This document shows, one piece after another, positions 55,401 to 64,000 of a DNA stretch of 64,000 nt; the stretch's first letter is position 1; the number at the start of each line of letters is the position of its first letter. The stretch is taken from the NCBI GenBank assembly GCA_951406725.2, contig OX597824.1, forward strand, positions 94,674,001-94,738,000. The letters run 5' to 3'. The position numbers were made by a program, and so were the translations under genes. Under the pieces are notes generated by a model. The model was not told where the DNA came from. It did not search any database and saw only the letters and a program-made list of their open reading frames with translations. This DNA comes from Octopus vulgaris (Eukaryota).

Positions 55401-56749
55401 ATGTTAATTTCACGAGCAGGCTTTTCCGTTGATCCGATCAACTGGAACCCTCGTCGTCGTAACCGACGGAGTGCCAGTGTGTATGTTCCAACTAAACACC
55501 TATATGGAAACTGGTTACAAATAACCAGCTGTGTGGTAAGTAGCTTGCTTCCCAACCACTTGGTTACAGGCTCAGTCCCACTGCATGGCACCTTGGGCGA
55601 GTATCTTCTACTATAGCCTTCGGGTTGACCAAAGCCTTGAGAGTGGATTTGGTAGATGGAAATTGAAAGAAGCCCGTCATGTGTATATATACGTGTGTGT
55701 GTATGTTTGTGTTTCTGTGTTTGTACCCCCGCGATCGTTTGACAACTGATGTTGGTGTGTTTGTGTCCCTGTCAAAATCGTCCAACCCATGCTAGCATGG
55801 AAAGCAGACGTTAAAAGATGATGATGATGAGGATGATTTGTACGATTAAAGGTGGTGCTCCAGCATGGCTGCAGCCAAATGACTGAAACAAGTAAAAGAC
55901 TATTATAAAAACAGAGTTACTTGTGCATACTAAGACAATATATATATCATGTGTGTAGTGTGAGAGGGACAGAAATAGACTAAGAATTATTCTCTTATAA
56001 AATGCATCATTTTTTTAACCCTGTAGACTTGAACTGCAGGTTACGCAATGGTGCAACAGAAAAACGATGATGTCACTGTCTGATGCTTCACAAAATATCT
56101 GCATCTAAAACACTGACATTGTTGAACATTCCTTTGTGTGTCTGTAACTGCTATTAAATTGTTTTTATAAAATATGTGTATCTGTTGTTACGATTAAATA
56201 TCGTCTTCATCATTGTTGCATCTTATCCAGAATTTTTTTTTTTTTGTGGGAAGGGGTGGATTTTATTTTGCTATGCATCCGTGCTAGTGGAGTGCTAAGA
56301 GTACCATACGAGCAACAGGCTGGCCTCAGGGCCGGTGGCACATAAGAAACACTATTCAGGCATGGTCGTTGCCTGCGTCGCTTTACTGGCACTTGTGCTG
56401 GTGGCACGTGTAAAAACATTCAAGCAAAGTCGTTGCCAGTGCCACTGGACTGGCTCCTGTGCAAGTGGCACATAAGAACCACCATTTGAGTGTGGCCGTC
56501 ACCAGCACCACCTGACTGGCACTTGTGCTGGTGGCACATAAAAGCACCTACTACACTCTCGGAGTGGTTGGCATTAGGAAGGACATCCAGCTTTAGAAAA
56601 CCATGCCAAATAAGACTGGAGTCTGGTGCAGCATGCCAGCATGGACAACAGATGTTAAACAATGACAATTTATGTATATATTTATATGATTATTTCGTTT
56701 TGGGATTTGGTTTGCAAGATTCTTTATGTGAGTTGGTGTGTTGAAGCAT

Positions 56750-56912
56750 ATTCTGTTGTGTCTGGGGAGAGTCGTTTTCTTTTTGTGCCTTATCATTTAA
56801 CACACTCACTGGTAAAATTTCTGAAAATAAGAAAAAAAAGTGGAAATTTTACCGGTGAGTGTGTTAAATTATAAGGCACAAAAAGAAAATGACTCTCCCC
56901 AGACACAACAGA
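56750..56912. repeat. About 70-bp-arm inverted repeat (foldback MITE)
   Basis: ttctgttgtgtctggggagagtc...ggtaaaattt vs aaattttaccggtgag...gactctccccagacacaacagaa. A second copy lies at about 2885-3087. Confidence 0.8.
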
Positions 56913-56958
56913 ACTTTATATGATTAATCATATTAAATAAATTTTTTTTATTTTTCAG

Positions 56959-56978
56959 AATTCTTCCGTCTGATGTGA
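56959..56978 (+). CDS. Calmodulin-like gene, terminal coding exon (EFFRLM*)
   Basis: ttttttttatttttcag|AA TTC TTC CGT CTG ATG TGA. The phase-1 join completes Glu12 of EF-hand 4 and aligns with calmodulin EFVQMM. Confidence 0.88.
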
Positions 56979-57564
56979 TCGATCAGCCTACAACACGGTG
57001 CCATGTCACTTCCATCGTTGACTGGAGGAGCTGCCAATATTTATTTATTTATTTTCAAAGAATTTATTTATTTATTTATTTATTTATTTATTGGAAAAAG
57101 GACTTTCTGTCCGACAGCTGTCATAAAAGACGAAGCCATACACCCACCCCCTCTCCAAGAACATCCATTGCAAAAAAAAATAATGAAACCGTTTGTTTTT
57201 TTTTTTTTAATCACTATTTCATCAAGGCAGAACAAAAGACCATGCGACCATTTTCTCGTTCCACTGTATCTCAATCGAAATGGCTACCCATATTGTATGT
57301 TTTGTTCTAAGTGTAATACACATCTTCAGGTAATGCACTAAATATACACTTGGTTGTTGTTTGTTGTTCTTGTTGGTTGGTTAATGTTCATTGTTATTTA
57401 TTTTGCCATACGACATATCACCACTGTGAGGGCACCTGGCCTAGTGGTTAGGGGTGTTGCACTCTCAATTGTAAGATCACGGTTTCAATTCTTGGACCAA
57501 GTGGTCTGTTTTTGCAGTACAAGCACAATATTTGACAGAGCAATCCATGATAAGTGTAACATTG

Positions 57565-58087
57565 TGCTAGCGGGGTGCAAAGAGCACCATCCGAGTGTGA
57601 TCGTTGACAGAGTGGCTAACCAGCTCCCGTTCCAGTGGCACATAAAAGGGCACCATTCAAGTGTGATTGTTACCAGCGTCGCCTTACTAGCACTTGTGCC
57701 CATGCTAGTAGGGTGCCAAGAGCACCATCCGAGTGTGATCATTGACAGAGCAGCTAACCGGCTCCCATGCCAGTGACATGTAAAAGGCACCATTTGAGTG
57801 TGATCGTTACCAACATTGCCTTACTGGCACCTGTGCTGGTGGCATGTGTAAAAAGATTCGAGCGAGGTTGTTGCCAGTACTGCCTGACTGGCCCCCGTGT
57901 CAGTGGCATGTAAAAGCACCCACTACACTCTCGGAGTGGTTGTCATTAGGAAGGGTGTCCAGCTGTAGAAACTCTGCCAGATCAAGATTGGAGCCTGGTG
58001 CAGCCATCTGGTTTGCCAGCCCTCAGTCAAAATCGTCCAACCCATGCTAGCATGGAAAGCTGATGTTAAACGATGATGATGATGATG
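57565..58087 (+). mobile_element. Family D, longest copy (about 5 subrepeats)
   Basis: Repeated gcaccat(c/t)(c/t)gagtgtgatcgtt units followed by the standard family D 3' end. Confidence 0.75.
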
Positions 58088-58799
58088 AGTTCACACCTGA
58101 GCATCCTGTGTTGTCCCCAGATCAGTGATAGATAAATCAGTGATAAACGAAGCTTCATTTTGTGCCAGTTTAAGAAGCCTTGAGTAGTTTTCTTATTTGG
58201 AAACTAGTTTGGAACCCTCTCAATATCTCACTACTATCCAGAACTGTCATTATTCCTTAAAAGAGTCTCTGTGAATTCTGAAAAATGTCACCAGCTAGGT
58301 TTGGAAAGCTGCCCATAATTTTTTAGACATGATACCAGACATGGTTCCTGCTTCTCTGCCAAGACATTTTTGTTACGATCATCCCCCTTGCAGTGTTCAG
58401 GAAAACAAATTAGACTTTCATGTGCTTGGAGTAAGACTATAGCAATGTCTGGATAAAAACTGTATAAATGAGTGTTGTATATATATTGGCGGTGGCGCCA
58501 GTAACTATGGAAATTACACAAACAAGCAGAAGAGCTGACAGTCAAAGAGGTGCAGAATTTGTATGAGATGTTTTGTTAGGCATTTGACTTAAATTATAAG
58601 AGTGTCAGCTTACACTATTGACACAGCAGAGCTATTTATATATAGATATGTCTTAAATGTTACGGCTGTTACTATCAAGATTCTTAGTGACTCAAATGTA
58701 AATATATTCTGTTCTTCCACCAATTGCTGGCACTGATTCTACCATTGCCTCTAAGATCATCACACTGCAAACACCATAGCTACTAAAAGGATATTGTTG

Positions 58800-59232
58800 G
58801 TTGGGTGGATGGATGGATGGATGGACAGATAAGTAGATGGGTAGGTATGATTGCTAGATTGATAAAGATAGGTAGATGGACGGACAGACAGACAGATATA
58901 AAAACAGACAGGCTGATAGATAGGTATGGTTGATAGATTGACAACAGACAAATAGGTAGGCAGACAGATATGATATACAAACAAACAGACAGACAGATAT
59001 ATAGGTATGATTGCTAGATTGCTAAAGACAGATAGATAGATAGCGAGACACATAGGTTGATAGATAAATAACTATGATTGATAGATTGGCAATAAGCACA
59101 TAGGTAGACAGACAGACACATAGATAAATATACAAACAGACAGACAGATAGATAGGTGTGATTGATAGATTGATAACAGACTGGCAGGTAGACAGACATG
59201 CAGGTGTATATAGGTAGGTAGGTTGATAGATA
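58800..59232. repeat. Degenerate (GATA/GACA/GGAT)n tract with repeated longer subunits
   Basis: Recurring taggtatgattg(c/a)tagattg motif within tetranucleotide repeats. Confidence 0.85.
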
Positions 59233-59607
59233 TTTCCTTTCATTATCAAAGCTATTACTTTACATCGTTATGGTTTGCAATAACAGTCTCAGTCCAAATT
59301 GCATGTATTTTTGTGTTGTATGGAACTAATTAAGAAAGAAGATGGAGAGGTGCAAAAAGCAAAAACAAAGGATGTAAAAGGAAACGGTTGACAGTCAGTC
59401 GTAGAACTGCAGCGAGGTATTGATGTTAGTCAAACAATCCAAAAGGTAAATGGTATTAGCATGTTTCCAAGAGCACAGCTGTTGCAAAGGAAGAAAAGCC
59501 ACCATTCTCACTATCAGTAGTATCATTACTACCACCACACTTACTAACGTTACTAACACTGCCCTCTTCCACTGTTGTTATTATTATTATTATTATTATT
59601 ATTAATA

Positions 59608-60570
59608 AGGTAGTGAGCTGGCAGTAACATTAGCTTAACGGTATTTCGTCTGCCACTATGTTCTGAGTTCAAATTCTGCTGAGGTCAACTTTGCTTTTTG
59701 TCCTTTCAGGGTCAGTTAAATAAGCACCAGTTACGCACTGGGGTCGATGTAATCGACTATCCCCCTCCCCCAAATTTCTGGCCTCATGCCTATAATAGAA
59801 AGGCTTATTATTATTATTATTATTAATAAAGCAGTGAGCCGGCAGAATCGTTAGCATGCTGGGTGAAATGCTTTGGCAGTATTTCATCTGCCACTACGTT
59901 CTGAGTTCAAATTCTACCAAAGTTCAACTTTGCCTTTCATCCTTTCAGGCTTGATTAAATAAGTACCAGTTACGCACTGGGGTTGATGTAATTGACTTAA
60001 TCTCTTCCCCCAAATTTGAGGCTTTGTGCTTCCAGTAGAAAGAATTATTATTAATATTCTGAGCTGGCAGAATCGTTAGCATGCTGGGTGAAATGCTTAG
60101 CAGTTTTTCGTCTGTCTTTATACACTGAGTTCAAATTCTACCAAAGTTCAACTTTGCCTTTTATCCTTTCAGGGTTGATAAAATAGATAGCAGCTGAGGA
60201 TTGGTGGTGGAGGGGGGTGGGGGGCAATGTTATCGACTGACCCCTCCCATAAATTTTCAGGCCTTAGGCCTATAATGGAAAGAAAAGTACCAGCCAAGTT
60301 CTGGGGTCAACATAATTGTCTTAGACCATCCCCTTAAATTGCTGGCCTTGTGCCAAAATTAGAAAACCTCACCATCATCATCATCATCATTATTATTATT
60401 AAGGTGGGAAGCTGGCAGAATCGTTAGCACTCCAGGCAAAATGCTTAGTGGTATTTCATCCTTTCAGGTTCAATAAATTAAGTACCAGTGAAACACTGGG
60501 GATTGGCATAATCTACTGTCGTCCCCCCCCCCCCGCACTCCCCCAGATTTCAGGCCTTGCGCCTATAATA
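59608..60570 (+). mobile_element. Cluster of 4-5 head-to-tail SINE family B copies separated by (ATT)n
   Basis: Each copy begins gagctggcag(t/a)a(a/t)c and ends in an attattatt tail. Confidence 0.8.
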
Positions 60571-60894
60571 AGAGTTGTTTAAGGATGTTGAACGAACTAC
60601 CCATGTTTCCATAGGTGAATTATTCAAACCCCAAAGAATCCCTCTCAACACGTGGCTATGATGCTCCCCCACTACTTCTTCTTGTGATCAGAGATGCACA
60701 TATCAGCCACTAAGGGACATGCTCAACTGGTTACGGTCAAACAACTGACAAGCAAATCTGTGGTACTAAACAGAATATTTGCTGTAGCCCATCTTTTATA
60801 CCAAGACATAACAATGTACATGATAACACTTCCAATCAGCTGAGATCAGAAGCCACGAAAGCCACTGCCTGGGACTGCATCAGGGCATTTATTA

Positions 60895-61215
60895 TTATTA
60901 TTATCTCCACCTTTGCTAAGGCAGTGGTATTGTTTTCAGTCGTGTTTGTTTGTTTGTCTGGACAAGATATCTCAAGAACTGCTGGATGGATTCAAATGAA
61001 ACTTTCAGGGATGTTTGGCCTTGTGACTGGCAAGAACTGATTAGATTTTGGGATCGATCCGGTACCGGACAAGGATTCTGAATATTTTTTCCTGTTTTTT
61101 TACATAATTTTTGAGAGCAGTCAGATTCATTTTTAGTATTCTCATTTTTAAAGATAATCTCTGGCTAATCGTTGAGCAGACGTTGGTGTTGCCTTGGCAG
61201 AGGTTTGCACTCTCT
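60895..61215 (+). mobile_element. Helentron-associated (HINE/DINE-1-like) non-autonomous element
   Basis: atctccacc...ggcagaggt subterminal inverted repeats, a (GTTT)n/gtct tract near the 5' end, and core gatatctcaagaactgctggatggattcaaatgaaacttt. Confidence 0.55.
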
Positions 61216-62249
61216 GTCATCATCATCATTGCCATTCTCACTGATGCCCGAATAGACATTGATTATATGCCTGTCTATAACATTTATTGTTCCACTTAAA
61301 AAGTGTGAAATGAATACAATACAGCGGTTCTTATCATGAAGCCATGTGGCTTAGTAGTTAGAGCATTCAGTTTGCAATCGCAAGGTTGTGAGTTCAATTC
61401 CCGGTGTCCTTGAGCAAGACACTTTATTTCATGTTACTCCAGCCCACTCAGCTGGCTAAAAATGAGTTGTACCTGTATTTCAAAGGGTCAGCCTCATCAC
61501 ATTCTGTGTCATGCTGAATCTCCCTCAGATCTACGTTAAGGGTACACATGACTATGGAGTACTCAGCCACTTGCCCGCTAATGCTAATTTCATGAGCAGG
61601 CTGTTACATTAATCAAATCAACTGGAATCCTTATCTTTATAAGCGACAGAGTGCCATTTCATGTCCACTTTTCCCTGCTTGCATGGGTCAGATGGAACTC
61701 AGTGAGGTTTGGCAACAGGAACAGCATCCAGCTGTAGAAAAGCTACCTCAGTAAATTTTGTCCAACCCATGCCAGCACAGAAAAACGGACGTTAAAACGA
61801 TTATGGTTGTAAACATTTATTGCAAGACACCGTACAGCAGGAGAATTAATTTGTTCCTTGATTGAAAGTAACCACAAATTATTGGCAAAGAGGTGCTATT
61901 AACAGAACTGGTAGCTTTACGAAACATTGGTTTTTATCTGGTTTTACGCAGCCAGTCACATTCTTAACTGGAAAGCTAATCAAGAAATGTTTAAGTACAA
62001 TTACTGGAGAACTTATTAATTTAGTTATATAAAAATGCATTTGTATGTTTAAAATGAATTTTAGTTTTATTGCTGAGAGATTTTCAGTAATAAAACACCA
62101 AGTTATTGGCAAAGACATTCTGGCAATGAAATTGATTCTCTTCGGGTTTTTGTGTAGAATTGTGAGCACTTCAGACAAAATACTTTACTGTGTTTAGTTA
62201 GGTTATGAGTTCAAATTGCACTGGGGTCGACATTTTCTTTCATTCTGCC

Positions 62250-62620
62250 TGAGTGGCTGTGTGGGAAGTAGCTTGCTTACGAACCACATGGTTCCGGGTT
62301 CAGTCCCACTGCGTGGCACCTTGGGCAAGTGTCTTCTACTATAGCCTCGGGCCAACCAAAGCCTTGTGAGTGGATTTGGTAGATGGAAACTGAAAGAAGC
62401 CCGACATATATATGTGTGCGTGTGTATGTGTTTGTCCCTCCCCCAACATCGCTGGACAATCGATGCTGGTGTGTTTACGTCCCCGTAACTTAACGGTTTG
62501 GCAAAAGAGACCGATAAAATAAGTACTAGGTTTACAAAGAATAAGTCCTGTGGTCAATTTGCTCGACTAAAAGCAGTGCTCCAGCATGGCCACAGTCAAA
62601 TGATTGAAACAAGTAAAAGA
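62250..62620 (+). mobile_element. SINE family A copy
   Basis: Reverse complement of 291-696. Confidence 0.85.
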
Positions 62621-64000
62621 GAGAGAGTGTTTCCGTTGTTCTAACAGCAACTCTGCGCTAAAAAAAATTTCGTCTTCTTGTCTGTATTGTACATTACTTT
62701 GTAGGTAACTGAGGTAAATCATGTACCCCCTCTCCATCAAGACACCTGTTTCTGTCTTCCTATCATAACTTTAACTCTTGTTACCTGACATAAAGGCACC
62801 TCCCTCAATACTTACTCCCCACCTCAGTTGAGGGGTCTTTGTCGTGCAGCTTACCTGATGACCACATTGGTGCTACATAAAAGCACCCGGCACATTCTGT
62901 GAATTGGTTAGTGTTAGGAAGGGCATCCGACCATAGAAACCCTGACATAACAGACACCGGAGCCTGACACAATCCTTTGGCTCAACAGCATGGAAAACGG
63001 ATGTTAAATGGTGATGAAGAAGAAAAGTTTAATGAATCACATACAAAAAAAATCTTTGTTAAAATATATCTTTATTTCATTTGTTTCTGTAGAATTCAGA
63101 AATATGTTTAGTTTCTGATATAAAAGAAACTGTTTAACAATTTAAACACCTTGCAATAATATCCATAAATTATTATTATTATTATTAACATAATTACATT
63201 TAAGACATCATTTCTTCTTGTTATATTATTGAATGACCGAATGACCAGAAAATAGTATTTTGAAGACAATACTTTTAAAATACTTGTTATACTAAATAAT
63301 ATTATATAACTTTTCAAACTGTTGTTTATGGTTTCTGTTGAGAGAAAGGGACAGTGGCTAGGGTTCTCAAAACTGCTCTGAGACAGATGTGGTTGATGGT
63401 CAGCTTCAGCCTTTAGCATTCAGACTAGTTCATCTGATGTAAAGCCGTTTTATCCACATTGTCCGGCAAAACCTCATAACTTTGAGATTTCAGCAATGTG
63501 ATTATACATTTTTCTGAAGGACAATGAAGGGCAGATGTGAGAGGCTGGTTTAAACATAAAACAGGCAGAATATTTGGGCCGGTTATGGTCAGTTCAAATG
63601 CTAAAGGGTTCAACATCAGTGATGGTCAGCTTAATTCTTTAGCGTTCAGATTACTTTGTCAAATGTAATGTTTATTTATTCACATTTGTTTTGAATTAAT
63701 CCAGCCTAATCTCATAGCCTCGAGATTTCAATGATGGGATTATATTTTGTTTTTGAATGACATTGTAGGATAAGTGTGAGAGGCCAGTTTTAGCTGGTTT
63801 AAATATAAAACAAGCAGAATATTTGGGCCGGTTATGGTCAGTTTAAATGCTAAAGGGTTAAATCCCTGTCAATCAACTCCAGTTGGAAGAGAAATACAAA
63901 GGATTGGAGAAAATGGTCCACGCAAGACAGAACGAGTGACAGGAGGTGATATGCAATTAACCAATTCTGAAGAATTGAAATGATTGTTGAAGCAATAGAA

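Noticed and set aside
55090-56085. C/D box snoRNA reading of the duplicated intronic segments (ATGATG...CTGA)
   Set aside because: Box C is imperfect, sits at non-equivalent positions in the two copies, and is too close to the CTGA in the second copy. Not fully excluded without an Infernal search.
57565-57920. Regularly spaced repeats resembling a CRISPR array
   Set aside because: The intervening segments are themselves homologous, the array is internal to family D, the DNA is eukaryotic and no cas genes are present.
58150-58640. Coding-looking minus-strand segment (85-aa ORF)
   Set aside because: Interrupted by stops and with no motif I can identify; probably an old transposon remnant. BLASTx would decide.

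Overview
AT-rich, repeat-saturated animal genomic DNA, most likely an octopus (inferred from recalled SINE families and microsatellite load, not from a search). One protein-coding gene can be reconstructed: a divergent calmodulin-like gene on the + strand. Its exons are a candidate first exon at 16110-16136, then 39834-39864 (31 nt), 49676-49819 (144 nt), 52177-52419 (243 nt) and 56959-56978, and the internal exon sizes and phases match invertebrate calmodulin genes. Predicted protein (154 aa if the first exon is right): [154 protein letters not shown]. Notable oddities: the exon-3 donor reads GA instead of GT and is overwritten by a copy of sequence from 0.5 kb downstream; EF-hand 1 has Gln at loop position 12; and the last intron holds two duplicated, phase-compatible candidate terminal exons. 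The rest is four high-copy SINE/RTE-tail families, MITEs, fragments of RTE, Dong/R4, Hero-like and mariner elements, two element types with hammerhead-like motifs, and microsatellites. Almost all ORFs in the supplied track are repeat artefacts. Repeat boundaries are approximate and only representative copies are listed.
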